Shown here piece after piece: positions 1-10,594 of a stretch of DNA of 64,000 nt (its first letter is position 1; each line of letters begins with the position of its first letter). This DNA comes from an uncultured virus (IMG/VR IMGVR_UViG_3300010233_002389) (taxonomy: Duplodnaviria; Heunggongvirae; Uroviricota; Caudoviricetes), in IMG/VR virus record IMGVR_UViG_3300010233_002389, one strand, 5' to 3'. The position numbers and the translations under genes are program-made. The notes below the pieces were generated by a model, which did no database searches, had not been told where the DNA came from, and was given only the letters and a program-made list of their open reading frames with translations.

Positions 1-104
1 GTTATGAATTGTGGCGTTTAGCCTCTGTGATCTCACAAGGTGACAACATAATATGTTATTGGGAAAGAGAGCTTCCTCCCGTGTACTATGGAGGATATTA
101 ACAA

Positions 105-302
105 ATGACAACTGTACTTATTATAGTTGGCGCAATCATATTCATCGTTCTCTGTCTATGGGCAGGGGTAAATCCCTTTGGCATACTCTTCGATATCATG
201 ATGATATTCTTTGGCGGTGGCGGAAATAGTAGCGGAAGCAGTAGCGGCAGCGGCTTTGGTGGTGGCGATAATAGCGGTGGCGGTGCTTCGAGCGATTTAT
301 GA
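105..302 (+). CDS. small membrane protein with Gly/Ser-rich tail
   Basis: GGAGG RBS; hydrophobic N-terminus; tail GFGGGDNSGGGASSDL resembles the end of the TPM protein at 644. Confidence 0.7.
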   Translation: MTTVLIIVGAIIFIVLCLWAGVNPFGILFDIMMIFFGGGGNSSGSSSGSGFGGGDNSGGGASSDL

Positions 303-643
303 ACGAAGAAGTAGTTGTTTTTATTAAATGCGTCACATTTGAAGAAGATAGGTATTCATTCGACCTTCCAAAGAAAATGCTTAAGGGATATTTAAAAGAC
401 AGCGATATAATTAAATGTTGCCGAGGAGCACTTTGTTTGGAAGGTTTTGCCGTTTGTGTTTTCGTTTCCGCCATAAATGAAAATGAAGATATCGTTTTTG
501 TTATGATTCCTGGGGACAGGATTGGGGATGATACGCTATTCAAAAGATGGAATGAAAATAAAGATAGATTAAGAAAATACGAAGCGACAATTAAAGACAT
601 TTATAATAAACAATTATTTATCCCTAATTAAGAAAGATAAACC

Positions 644-1795
644 ATGAAGAATAAATTTGTAGCATTTATAATGATGTTGGCATGCTTTGTTTTTGCCACC
701 AATGCTTTTGCATATGATCCTCCTCCGGCTCCAGTTAATGGGGGATATGTTGTTGACCAAAGCGGTCGTTTGACAGCTGGGGATATCAGTCAGATCAATC
801 AGAAAATTGATGCAATAAATAAATCTACTGGAAATGAAATTGGAGTATTGATGATCAGTTCTGTCGGAGATGACAACATCGAAGACATCGCTAATGCAAC
901 TTTTAAGAAGTGGGGAGTGGGCAAGAAAGACATAGACAACGGCGTCTTGATTGTTATTGCCGTAACGAGTCGTAAAGCTCGCATTGAAACTGGCAAGGGA
1001 GTTGGTGGTGAGATTACAGACGTTCAAGCAAAGGGTATTATTAGCGATGTTATGAAGCCCAAGTTTCGAGCTAATGATATGGTTGGTTGTGTAACTTCGT
1101 CTATTGATGCAATTGGCGCTCTATTAGATAATAGGCACAAGGAAGTGGTAGAAAAGAAAGCTGCGGCTGGCGCCACTACATCTGAACAAGTGACAACATC
1201 GCATAACGATTCAGGCTTATCAGGCTTTGGTTTCCTTATGATTCTTCTTTGTGCAGTAGGCGGAATTTCTTTAATAGTATGGTTTCTTAGCCGCGATACA
1301 ACTCCAAAGAACGACTACAGCTATTCAGCATTTTCTCCTCGTACTTATGAAGTAGACTACAGCAGTCCTCCTCCCCCCTCTAATCCTTATACAATTCAAA
1401 ATCTAGTTGATAGTCATACGGAATCTCAACATCAAGCTTCATTGCAAAGCAAATTGAGTAGCTCTCATCCTCGCTCGCATAGTACTCCTGCTGGAATTGG
1501 GGCTGCTGGCATTGCGGCTGGCGCTTTAGCTGGCGGGGCTGCTGGTGTAGCAGCAATGGCATTAGCTGAACGCAAGCGTCGTGAGCGAGAAGAAGAGGAA
1601 CGTGCTAAGGCTCGTCGTCGAGCTGAACGTGAGCGCGAAGCTGAGAGCGAGCGCAGTAGCAGTAGCAGTAGCAGTAGCAGTAGCAGTAGCAGTAGCAGTA
1701 GCAGTAGCTCTTGGGATAGCGGCGGCAGTTCTAGTGATGGTGGTGGCTTTAGCAGTGGTGAATCTGGTGGGGGTGGAGCTTCCGGAGACCTATGA
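644..1795 (+). CDS. TPM-domain (YgcG-like) membrane protein
   Basis: signal peptide; VVDQSGRL, FKKWGVGKKDIDNGVLIVIA, RIETGKG motifs; TM helix; Gly/Ser tail ending GGGGASGDL. Confidence 0.85.
   Translation: MKNKFVAFIMMLACFVFATNAFAYDPPPAPVNGGYVVDQSGRLTAGDISQINQKIDAINKSTGNEIGVLMISSVGDDNIEDIANATFKKWGVGKKDIDNGVLIVIAVTSRKARIETGKGVGGEITDVQAKGIISDVMKPKFRANDMVGCVTSSIDAIGALLDNRHKEVVEKKAAAGATTSEQVTTSHNDSGLSGFGFLMILLCAVGGISLIVWFLSRDTTPKNDYSYSAFSPRTYEVDYSSPPPPSNPYTIQNLVDSHTESQHQASLQSKLSSSHPRSHSTPAGIGAAGIAAGALAGGAAGVAAMALAERKRREREEEERAKARRRAEREREAESERSSSSSSSSSSSSSSSSSSSWDSGGSSSDGGGFSSGESGGGGASGDL
1655..1708 (+). repeat. (AGTAGC)x9 microsatellite encoding poly-Ser
   Basis: nine perfect tandem hexamers. 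Confidence 0.95.
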
Positions 1796-2466
1796 AACTT
1801 CCTAAAATTACACTAGAAGTAATTGAACGCACAAACATACCAAGCGAGAAGCGCTTTCTAAAATCAGTTACTCATTGGATGCGTGCCCATTACGAAGATG
1901 GAACTATAAGCGAACAATTCAAAGTCGATAATGTTGATAGGAAGAATATCGACGCCTCTGTAATCGTTCCATATTATGTAAATGATAATGAAGAAATTAT
2001 AGTGTACTTGCGCAGTTCACTTCGTCCTGGTGTTGCTGCAAAAGAAATACGTAATTTAAATGACGAAGAGGTAAAAGGCAAAATGCTAGAGACTGGAGTT
2101 CTCTGGGAGCTTGCAGCTGGACTTATAGAAGCTAATGAAAGCCCAAAGCATGCCGCTGTAAGAGAGCTGCGAGAAGAGGTTGGGTTTGAAGTAGACGAGA
2201 ACAATGTATATCCTTTAGGTCGGGCATCTTATCCATGCGTTGGTCTTATGGGAGAATTGCTACATTTCTTTTTTGTGAAAGTAGACCCAAAGACAAGATT
2301 AGACCCAACATTAGATGGGTCTGTAATGGAACGCAACGCGGCTATTATAGAAGCCTCTTTAGCTGATTGCTGGGACCTGCTTGATGAAGGCTTACTAAGA
2401 GATATGAAAACCGAAATAGGAATACGAAGGCTGAAAGATCGCGCGATTGCACAAAAGACAGTATGA
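1792..2466 (+). CDS. Nudix hydrolase (ADP-ribose pyrophosphatase-like)
   Basis: Nudix box AGLIEANESPKHAAVRELREEVG; DMKTEIG near C-terminus. Confidence 0.85.
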   Translation: MKLPKITLEVIERTNIPSEKRFLKSVTHWMRAHYEDGTISEQFKVDNVDRKNIDASVIVPYYVNDNEEIIVYLRSSLRPGVAAKEIRNLNDEEVKGKMLETGVLWELAAGLIEANESPKHAAVRELREEVGFEVDENNVYPLGRASYPCVGLMGELLHFFFVKVDPKTRLDPTLDGSVMERNAAIIEASLADCWDLLDEGLLRDMKTEIGIRRLKDRAIAQKTV

Positions 2467-2948
2467 ACAATTTTTTAATATCAGATATTATTAAGCCTTA
2501 TAAAAAACACATTGATTCTATTACAGCAGATGGTTCTTTTTATGTTTCTAAAAATTTTGTCATAGATTATATTAAAGATCTTTCTAGAATTAAGTCAGTA
2601 ACTTATAACATAATAGATACCCATGAATGGGAATATCTTGAAGATATATCTGTTTCATGTAAGAATGACCAGGTAATTTGCCAAGAATGTTGTGCTGTAT
2701 ATGTCTATATGTTTAAGGATCTTACATCATTTACATTTCCTTGCTTTGCTTTATGCCCTCATCTGTCCAGAGTAACGTGCGAAAATAATACTGATCAAAT
2801 ACTTTATAAAGTATATAGGTGTGTACATTGTGGAAATCATTCATTAGCACTAATAGAAGAAGATGATTATAAGATACATTATCGAAATGCTTTATTAGAA
2901 GCTCCACATTTAACTTGTTCTGAATTAGTTATGAAAGAAATATTATGA
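2463..2948 (+). CDS. HxW/CxxC family protein with C-terminal MxxIL tag
   Basis: THEW, CQEC, CVHC, ends LTCSELVMKEIL. Confidence 0.75.
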   Translation: MNNFLISDIIKPYKKHIDSITADGSFYVSKNFVIDYIKDLSRIKSVTYNIIDTHEWEYLEDISVSCKNDQVICQECCAVYVYMFKDLTSFTFPCFALCPHLSRVTCENNTDQILYKVYRCVHCGNHSLALIEEDDYKIHYRNALLEAPHLTCSELVMKEIL

Positions 2949-3799
2949 GTATTGACCATTTGGTAATTGGAGCATCAGGACTTGTTGGATCAGCGATTAT
3001 GGCTGAGCTAAAGAAGCAGGGAAAACCTTGCATCGGCACTTATCATTCACATCGTCAAGGAGGTCTAATTAAACTAGATATGTGTAATGAAGCACAAATA
3101 AAGAAAGTATATACAAAATATAAACCAAAGTATATTTACATATGTGGTGCTGAAACAAACGTTGATCAATGCGAAATAAATTTCTTAGCAGAAAATATAG
3201 ATGGACCAAGAAATGTAGTTAATGCGGCGCCAAAAAATGCTAGATTAATATTCTTTTCCAGCGATTATGTATTTGATGGAAAGAATGGTCCATATAAAGA
3301 AAATGAAAAACCATGTCCAATAAATATATATGGTGCAAATAAATATTATCTTGAACAAAAATTAAGAGACAATAAGAACGTCAATATAATAAGAACCAGC
3401 TGGGTTTATGGTCCAGATAGAGTTGGTAAAAGTTTTATCAGCAGAATTCTTATATTGCTTAGGGCTAAAAAGAAAATAAAAATACCCGAAGATCAATTTA
3501 GTACACCAACTTATTCTCCAGATATTGCTAAATTAGCAATTTATGTTGTCGAGAACAAAAAGATACAAGATGAAATCTTCCACGCTGGCGGGTGGCTGCC
3601 TACAGATAAATATAATTTTGCTTATTTTGCTGCCTTAGTTTGGGATTTAGACACTAAATTAATCATTCCAGTAAAAACAAAAGTTCTAAAACAAATTGCA
3701 CCAAGACCTCTTAATGGTGGTCTTAGGACAATGAAGAAGACACCAATTCAAATGTGTTCTTTTATTGATGGACTAAAAGAATTATATAAAATACAATGA
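2945..3799 (+). CDS. rmlD: dTDP-4-dehydrorhamnose reductase (RmlD-like SDR)
   Basis: GASGLVG, TNVDQCE, SSDYVFDG, YGANK, RTSWVYG, DQFSTPT, APRP. Confidence 0.85.
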   Translation: MSIDHLVIGASGLVGSAIMAELKKQGKPCIGTYHSHRQGGLIKLDMCNEAQIKKVYTKYKPKYIYICGAETNVDQCEINFLAENIDGPRNVVNAAPKNARLIFFSSDYVFDGKNGPYKENEKPCPINIYGANKYYLEQKLRDNKNVNIIRTSWVYGPDRVGKSFISRILILLRAKKKIKIPEDQFSTPTYSPDIAKLAIYVVENKKIQDEIFHAGGWLPTDKYNFAYFAALVWDLDTKLIIPVKTKVLKQIAPRPLNGGLRTMKKTPIQMCSFIDGLKELYKIQ

Positions 3800-4394
3800 A
3801 ATTACGCACGAAGAAAACAAAACAATCTCATCCAACAACAAAACAAATTGGCTGGAACATTTTGAATGAATCAAAACTGGCAAAGTGTTTTTTGTGGGAT
3901 AATTGTGGTTTAGGTTGTTGTTTTTATGATTCAGACCCATTTGGAACATATAGCAATACATCGGATGGTTCTGTTATTTTTAAACAAACTGAAAGAGTGG
4001 CAATACAACATATAGTATTTAATACCTCAGGCGAGCTTGATCAGTTTATTTCAAAGTTTCTAATTTCAGTAGCTAATCATGCTCATAGAAGTTTGGTTAT
4101 ACCAAGCAATCGAGTGAGTCGATATATAGCCTCCGGCTCGCCCGAGTCTGGCGGATATGCTTTTGCTGGTTCCGCCATTGTGGGTGCACAAGATGGAATA
4201 ATATTCTCTCCAGCTTTACCTCCTAATATCGCCATTGAAGTACAAGGCTTCCCAGAACTTTTTGGCATGATTTCTTATTGTGATGATTATTTTGGAATGA
4301 TAATTCATTCGCCTCAGAAATTAAAAGTTGTTAAAACTGTACCCATCATTAGCTCGGCTAAAGACCCCATTATAATCGCCAAAGGAAATCTTTT

Positions 4395-4490
4395 ATGAAG
4401 GGCATTATCTTGGCAGGCGGTTTAGGCTCAAGGCTTTACCCATTAACATATGCTACCATATATACGAATATTGATACATTCATCTTATGA
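4395..4490 (+). pseudogene. truncated duplicate of the rmlA 5' end
   Basis: translates MKGIILAGGLGSRLYPLTYATIYTNIDTFIL*; first 18 aa match the start of 5302. Confidence 0.8.
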
Positions 4491-5305
4491 AAAGAATAAA
4501 TATATCGTTAAAGGAAATTAAGAAAAAATATTATAGTGAAAATAAATCACAAGAACAAATAGCAAAAGAATTTAATGTATCACAATGGGTTATTTCCCAA
4601 AGAATGAAAGAACAAAAATTAAAAACAAAATCTAAAACAAGAAATTTAGGAAAGAAAAAATATTCAGTTAACGAATACTTGTTTGATAAAATAACTCCAC
4701 TATCAGCTTGGATACTAGGATGGCTTGTAAGCGATGGCTATATAGCAAATAATAGAATAACATTACACCTAGCTCAGAAAGACATAGATGTTCTTATTAA
4801 GATAAAACATTATATGGAATATACTGGTCCAATATATAAACAGAATGCAACATTAAATAACAAAATTTTTAAACAAGCTTCATTATCAATATCATCTAAA
4901 AGATTATGTAAAAAATTACTGCAATATGGAATTGTATCACCTAAGACTAACAAAGAAGTTTTCCCCAAAGTAATTATAAAATCTAATAAAGAAAATAAAA
5001 AAGCATTTATAAGAGGAATCTTTGAAGGAGATGGGTCAATATTAATTGATAAAAATAAATCAGTATTATTCCAAATAGTTGGCACTAAACAATTACTAGA
5101 AGAAATACAACTTATTTTGATGAAAATATTACATGTTCCCAAAACAAAATTAACGAAAAATTCTAAACGAAATCATTATGCCTTAAGATACCGTGGAAAG
5201 AAAAATGTATTCAAAATTTTAAATTGGGTTTATAATAAACACAATAATTTTCTCATGAATAGAAAATACATTAAATTTTACGAAATAAAAGGGAGCTTAA
5301 CATGA
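4487..5305 (+). CDS. LAGLIDADG homing endonuclease with N-terminal HTH
   Basis: two motifs, WILGWLVSDG and FIRGIFEGDG; Lys-rich. Confidence 0.85.
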   Translation: MKRINISLKEIKKKYYSENKSQEQIAKEFNVSQWVISQRMKEQKLKTKSKTRNLGKKKYSVNEYLFDKITPLSAWILGWLVSDGYIANNRITLHLAQKDIDVLIKIKHYMEYTGPIYKQNATLNNKIFKQASLSISSKRLCKKLLQYGIVSPKTNKEVFPKVIIKSNKENKKAFIRGIFEGDGSILIDKNKSVLFQIVGTKQLLEEIQLILMKILHVPKTKLTKNSKRNHYALRYRGKKNVFKILNWVYNKHNNFLMNRKYIKFYEIKGSLT

Positions 5306-6019
5306 AAGGAATTGTCCTTGCCGGTGGTCTTGGTACTAGGCTTCATCCACTTACATTGGTTCAAAACAAACATCTTTTGCCAATCTTCGACAAACCAATG
5401 GTTTACTATCCAATAGCCACATTGGTTCAAGCCGGCATTACTGACGTACTTATAGTTGTCTCAGGTCCTCATGCAGGAGACTTCATTAGAGTATTAAAGA
5501 ATGGTCGTGAGCTTGGCTTGACTCATTTAGAATATGCCTACCAAGATAAACCCGATGGCGGCATTGCCGATGCTTTATCCTTAGCAGAAGACTTTGCGGC
5601 AGGAAGTAATGTTGCAGTCATACTTGGTGACANNNNNNNNNNACACTACCGATGCCGATATCTCAAAAGAAGTTAATGAATTCAAATCTGGTGCTCACAT
5701 CTTTTTGAAGAAGGTAACTGATCCATCTCGTTATGGGGTTGCTTCAATTAAGGGACCAGGTATTGCACAAATATGTGAGAAGCCGGCTAACCCACCAAGC
5801 GATTTAGCTGTGACTGGTTTATACCTTTATGACCAAATGGTATTCGAATATATTAAGCGCTGTACTCCATCTATGCGTGGCGAGCTGGAGATTACAGATG
5901 TCAATAACTATTATATTAATGATTATAAATTGACCTGGTCAATGCTGGAAGGATTTTGGCAAGACGCAGGAACATTTGAGTCTTTGTATAAAGCGAATAA
6001 GTATTGGGCAGAAAAATGA
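5302..6019 (+). CDS. rmlA: glucose-1-phosphate thymidylyltransferase
   Basis: MKGIVLAGGLGTRLHP, KPMVYYP, LGD, EKP, RGELEITD, WQDAGT; removing the 10 Ns at 5633-5642 joins the two ORFs in frame (GDNTTD). Confidence 0.9.
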
Positions 6020-6360
6020 ACTTGTATAAGCTCATTAAAGAGGGCAAAGCAAGAGTGAATTGTACTGGGCATCAGTATGGCTATGGAAGGATTGGTTGGG
6101 AGGCTGGTCCATGGGAAGGAGTGTATTGCATTCATTGTCAAGAATTTGCAATATCAACTACCTATCCAGAACATTTTATTCCCGCAATTATGTTTACTAA
6201 AGTAGCTGATACTCATGAGTGGGTACAAGGCAATGGGTTTATACATTGTAAGAAATGTAATATAAAAGGCACCTTTGTAGAAGTAGCTGCCGTAAATAAA
6301 ATTATTCCTATTGAACCTATAAGTTGTAATGTAAGTCTTATGAAAGATGTGCTAACATGA
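6016..6360 (+). CDS. HxW/CxxC family protein with C-terminal tag
   Basis: CIHC, THEW, CKKC, ends SCNVSLMKDVLT. Confidence 0.75.
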   Translation: MNLYKLIKEGKARVNCTGHQYGYGRIGWEAGPWEGVYCIHCQEFAISTTYPEHFIPAIMFTKVADTHEWVQGNGFIHCKKCNIKGTFVEVAAVNKIIPIEPISCNVSLMKDVLT

Positions 6361-6770
6361 TTAACTTTGAATATGCTAAAAAAGTAATTACCAAAGACCT
6401 TAATGGAAATAAGAATGGACATCTCATTGAAATTATGAAGGATGGCAATTTAACAACTTGTTATCTTACAGCTTGTGCTCCTGGATCGTTCAAAGGATAT
6501 CATCTACACAAAATAAGATCATCTAATTATGTTTGTGTTAAAGGCAAAATGCTTATTATTACTTATGAGAATGGTGAGCGCAGAGAGTTTCTAATGACTG
6601 CCGAGTATCCAATAAGATTACATATCCCACCCAATATAGCTACAGGCTTAAAGAATGTTGGCAATGAAGAAGGTTGGTTAATCAACTATCCAGATCCTCC
6701 TTATGACCCAGACCTTAAAGATGAGCAGGTTGATTTTACAGAGGAAGAATTAGAAAATGGAAAAAGATAA
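6357..6770 (+). CDS. RmlC/WxcM-like cupin (NDP-sugar epimerase/isomerase)
   Basis: KGYHLH, LHIPPNIATG, YDP..DE motifs; next to rmlA. Confidence 0.7.
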   Translation: MINFEYAKKVITKDLNGNKNGHLIEIMKDGNLTTCYLTACAPGSFKGYHLHKIRSSNYVCVKGKMLIITYENGERREFLMTAEYPIRLHIPPNIATGLKNVGNEEGWLINYPDPPYDPDLKDEQVDFTEEELENGKR

Positions 6771-7656
6771 AAAACAATCTCGCACTGGACTTTGGGGTCT
6801 ATTCATAAAGTTCGCTGGTAAGTTTGGCGTTAAGTTTTTTGGTCTTCTTGGAAAAGTATTTAAGCTTGGCAAGTTCTCCCTTGCAGCAATTACCTTTTCA
6901 ACCTATGCATTAATGTTTACTTGGAAGTTCGCATTACTTATTATGATTGCTTTGGGCGTTCATGAAACTGGTCACGTTCATGCAATGCGAACAGTAGGAG
7001 TAAAAACAAAAGGCTTTTATTATATTCCATTCCTTGGTGGAGCTGCTATTATGGAAGAGAACTGTAAGTCATATAGAGATTTTTTATATGTAGCTATCAT
7101 GGGACCAGTGTATGGATTTGGATTATCTTTAGCTTCACTTATTGCTTATTGGTTTACAGGCTATCCATTATTCGCGGCTGCGGCTGGATGGATGGCACTT
7201 TTAAATATATTTAACTTACTTCCAATTAATCCTTTGGATGGTGGAAAAATATTTCGTTCGATATGTTTTTCTGTTCATTCAAAGGTTGGCTTAGCTTCAC
7301 TTGTGGCTTCCTTTGCTTTGTGTATGTATATTGCAATTGCATACCATATTAGTTTGCTTTGGTTTCTGATGATATTCGGAGCAATAGAGACCTTCGGAGA
7401 ATGGCTCAATTACAAAAATAGAAAGCAAGATGCAGAGCTTTTTGCACTTATGAATGAAGTATACGTAGCTATGAACCGACTTGAGTCTTTACGAGACTGG
7501 CGGAAAACATTAAACATTCCAAACCTGATGACTCCAAAGCAAACTATTATTTCAACTATAGGATATATAATATTAACAACTGCTTTAATTGCTATAATGT
7601 ATTTGACGAAGCATATTGCTGAGGCAGACGTAGCAATGAAGATATTAGTGGGGTAG
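6757..7656 (+). CDS. site-2 protease (M50) membrane metalloprotease
   Basis: HETGH and FNLLPINPLDGG motifs; multiple TM segments. Confidence 0.9.
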   Translation: MEKDKKQSRTGLWGLFIKFAGKFGVKFFGLLGKVFKLGKFSLAAITFSTYALMFTWKFALLIMIALGVHETGHVHAMRTVGVKTKGFYYIPFLGGAAIMEENCKSYRDFLYVAIMGPVYGFGLSLASLIAYWFTGYPLFAAAAGWMALLNIFNLLPINPLDGGKIFRSICFSVHSKVGLASLVASFALCMYIAIAYHISLLWFLMIFGAIETFGEWLNYKNRKQDAELFALMNEVYVAMNRLESLRDWRKTLNIPNLMTPKQTIISTIGYIILTTALIAIMYLTKHIAEADVAMKILVG

Positions 7657-7929
7657 TTTATGGAAGAAGACCTAAAGGTTAAACTAATAGTCGCAATGAA
7701 AGAAGATGCATTTGAAGAAGGAATTCAATTTGCTAGCGACAAATTAGAGGCTGAAGGTTGGGAAATAATGGTTGAAAAACTAGATGCCGCACAGCGAGAA
7801 GTATTTATTGAATTATCTAAAGCCCCAATAGAGAATCAAAAATATATACGAGAAGCTCCATTTGTTGCTGTCGTTATACCAATAGAGAAAAAGAATAAAG
7901 ACCCTAAATTATTAAATTAAGGATTTTAG

Positions 7930-8607
7930 ATGGCAGATTGTTTAGAAAAATGTAAATGTAATTGTCATAGTAGCTTTGGTGAAACTAGACATATTATGGC
8001 GTGCTGTAATTATTGTTCTTATTGTAATACAAATATAAGAATTGCACATCACCCACAACATGTTCAAGCGTGTGAAAACAAGCAAGTAAATGCAATAAAA
8101 AAAGTATTGGTTAATTGGGATGGTTTAATTTATGCTCATGAAACTATCCCAAAGAAAACAAAGACAATTTTTCTGGCTGGACCAACTCCAAGGGACCCAT
8201 CTGTTCGAGGTTGGAGATTAAATGCGATTTATCATATGGTAACTAAACGATTTGATGGTAAAGTTCTTATCCCTGAACCTCGTGACGGCAAATGGCTTGA
8301 AAATTATGATGCTCAAATAGAATGGGAAGCCGAAGCTTTGCGCAAAGCAACTGTATTGCTATTTTGGATACCAAGAGACTTAAGCACAACACCATCTGGC
8401 GAATTAAAGATGCCTGCCTTTACAACGAACGACGAGTGGGGAGTGTATAAAGCAACTGGAAAGGTTGTGCTTGGAGTTCCTGATGACGCCCCAAATACTC
8501 GTTACCAACTTTACTATGCTAATAAATACAAAGTTCCAGTGTCGTTTACATTAGAACATACATGTGCTAATGCAATTGAATTAGCTAAGAAGAATTACTG
8601 GGGATAA
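7930..8607 (+). CDS. nucleoside 2-deoxyribosyltransferase-like protein with Cys-rich N-terminus
   Basis: IFLAGPTPR, QIEWEAEAL, LLFWIPR, TTNDEWG. Confidence 0.7.
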   Translation: MADCLEKCKCNCHSSFGETRHIMACCNYCSYCNTNIRIAHHPQHVQACENKQVNAIKKVLVNWDGLIYAHETIPKKTKTIFLAGPTPRDPSVRGWRLNAIYHMVTKRFDGKVLIPEPRDGKWLENYDAQIEWEAEALRKATVLLFWIPRDLSTTPSGELKMPAFTTNDEWGVYKATGKVVLGVPDDAPNTRYQLYYANKYKVPVSFTLEHTCANAIELAKKNYWG

Positions 8608-8608
8608 A

Positions 8609-9067
8609 ATGCCTGTAGAATCTAATGTCTATGATACTCCTGAGGGGATAACTCTTCGTAAAGACCAAGATGATCCTTTGGTGATGTATTTTATTATTAG
8701 AGAGTCTCTTAACATGGGTAAAGGAAAAATTGGCGCTCAGTGTGCTCATGCAGCTCAGATGATAATTCTTAAATACGCACAGCTTGCAATACATAAGTCA
8801 ACAGAAATCCTAGATGACACAGAGTTTAAAAAATACAATATCACTAGAGAGTGGTTAGAAGGATCATTTCGTAAGGTTGTATTAAGAGCTGATGATAAAG
8901 AATTTGAAAAAGTAAAAGAGCAATTGGATTGTTTCCTTGTTCGCGATGGTGGCTTAACAGAAATTGCTGCGGGAAGCGAAACTGTCCTTGTCTTATGGCC
9001 AATGAAGAAAAGCGAACGTCCTAAAACAATAAAGAGATTACAGATTCTTAAAGATGAAGAGTCATAA
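8609..9067 (+). CDS. pth2: peptidyl-tRNA hydrolase, Pth2 type
   Basis: MGKGKIGAQCAHA, KVVLRA, VRDGGLTEIAAGSETVL. Confidence 0.9.
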   Translation: MPVESNVYDTPEGITLRKDQDDPLVMYFIIRESLNMGKGKIGAQCAHAAQMIILKYAQLAIHKSTEILDDTEFKKYNITREWLEGSFRKVVLRADDKEFEKVKEQLDCFLVRDGGLTEIAAGSETVLVLWPMKKSERPKTIKRLQILKDEES

Positions 9068-9278
9068 TTTTGAACCTGTAGGAAAAGAAGAGTCTGACAG
9101 TCCGTGTCCTTGCAATACATGTCAAGAAGAAAACAAACATCAGCTATATAAATGTGTTGACTGTGGAATTGTTAAAGCCGTAGCTACAGATAGAACAGAA
9201 ACATTGTGGGCACAATCCGAAGGAGTAATTCCTAGCGAAAATTGTGATGAAATAATAATGGCGGAAATATTAAAATAG
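9054..9278 (+). CDS. CxxC family protein with C-terminal tag
   Basis: SHNF, CVDCG, ends NCDEIIMAEILK. Confidence 0.75.
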   Translation: MKSHNFEPVGKEESDSPCPCNTCQEENKHQLYKCVDCGIVKAVATDRTETLWAQSEGVIPSENCDEIIMAEILK

Positions 9279-9288
9279 GAAAAATTAA

Positions 9289-9843
9289 ATGCCGAATATT
9301 TATGATAGTATAATAGTGATCGATGTCGAAAGTACGTGCTGGGAGGGACCAATACCAAAAGGAGAAGTCAGCGAGATAATAGAAATTGGTGTTGCCGAGC
9401 TTGACCCACGTACTGGTAAAATAAAAGCTAATGAAGCCATTATGATTAAACCAACCAATTCAAGTGTAAGTAAATTTTGTACAGACCTTACAACGCTTAC
9501 TCAAGAAGATGTAGATAATGGGATGTCTTTAGCAGATGCCTGTGCATTGCTTGAGAATAAATATAAAAGCCGTAAGGGACGCATTTGGGCTAGCTACGGG
9601 GATTATGACCGAAAGATGTTCCAGCGAAATTGTAGCGCCGCTAACGTTAGGTATCCATTTGGGGATACACATATTAATGTAAAAATGTTATCCGCATTAA
9701 TGTTTGGACTCAAAAAAGAAGTTGGCATGCCAGGCTCTTTAGAATTATGTGGATTAACACTTGAAGGAGTTCATCATCGGGGAGTCGATGATAGTAAAAA
9801 TATAGCCAATATATTATACAAATTAATAAAACCAGGGGTATAA
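9289..9843 (+). CDS. DEDDh 3'-5' exonuclease (ERI-1/KapD-like)
   Basis: IDVESTC, EIIEIG, SYGDYD, HHRGVDD. Confidence 0.85.
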   Translation: MPNIYDSIIVIDVESTCWEGPIPKGEVSEIIEIGVAELDPRTGKIKANEAIMIKPTNSSVSKFCTDLTTLTQEDVDNGMSLADACALLENKYKSRKGRIWASYGDYDRKMFQRNCSAANVRYPFGDTHINVKMLSALMFGLKKEVGMPGSLELCGLTLEGVHHRGVDDSKNIANILYKLIKPGV

Positions 9844-9860
9844 TATTCATATATTAATAT

Positions 9861-10264
9861 ATGAATCATGACTGGGAATTTATAGAGCAGTTTCCATCGG
9901 CGACTGCAAATCGCAAATATCCATTAAAGCGTTGGCGTTGTAAGTATTGTGGTATGCTTGCAACGGGCTACACCAAAGAGGGTCATGACGAAATCACTCC
10001 ACACGATAATATTACGTGTAATCAATTTGTAATGAAAGAAGTATTGACATGAACCATGATTGGCGCAAATGTGAAATTTATGAGCTAGCCACATTATTTA
10101 GTGACGAAGGACGGGAGTCTCTTCGCTCAGTTGGAATAGATGTATGTATATGTAAAAATTGTAAAGCCATTAGCGCTAAAGGAAGCAATCAGCCTATTGA
10201 TTCAGTATATCACATATCTTGTGCAACTTGCGATGATTTTATTATGAAAGAAATATTACAATAA
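9861..10264 (+). CDS. two tandem HxW/CxxC tagged proteins (9861-10052, 10049-10264)
   Basis: both start MNHDW and end TC...MKE[VI]L; ATGA overlap. Confidence 0.8.
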
Positions 10265-10582
10265 TTATTTGCTCGGCGGATGAGAATGAGAGCTATTACG
10301 ACTTATACTTACACGTAAGTCATGAACAGCCGAACGAAGTTCTTTGATTTCTGCTTTTAATTCTGCTATTGTTCCCATTAGTGGCTCACCCTTCGCTTGA
10401 TTAATAGCTATTTGATGTATGCTCTGCACGAATTGTTTTTCAGCACCTTCAAGAGCCTCTATTCTTTTGTCGATATCTGCGTAATGATTTTTGGCGAAAA
10501 ATGCTATAATTCCAGCCGCCATTGCAAAGATTGCGCATACAATGTTCCAAATTACACCTCCATTTATTTGATTTGGGTCCAT
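10265..10582 (-). CDS. single-TM coiled-coil protein (holin/hemolysin-like topology)
   Basis: one TM helix followed by heptad-like coiled coil; function uncertain. Confidence 0.45.
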   Translation of the reverse strand: MDPNQINGGVIWNIVCAIFAMAAGIIAFFAKNHYADIDKRIEALEGAEKQFVQSIHQIAINQAKGEPLMGTIAELKAEIKELRSAVHDLRVSISRNSSHSHPPSK

Positions 10583-10594
10583 ATTAATATGCCT

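Noticed and set aside
5594..5676. Apparent frameshift in rmlA
   Set aside because: Caused by a 10-N assembly gap; deleting the Ns restores the frame
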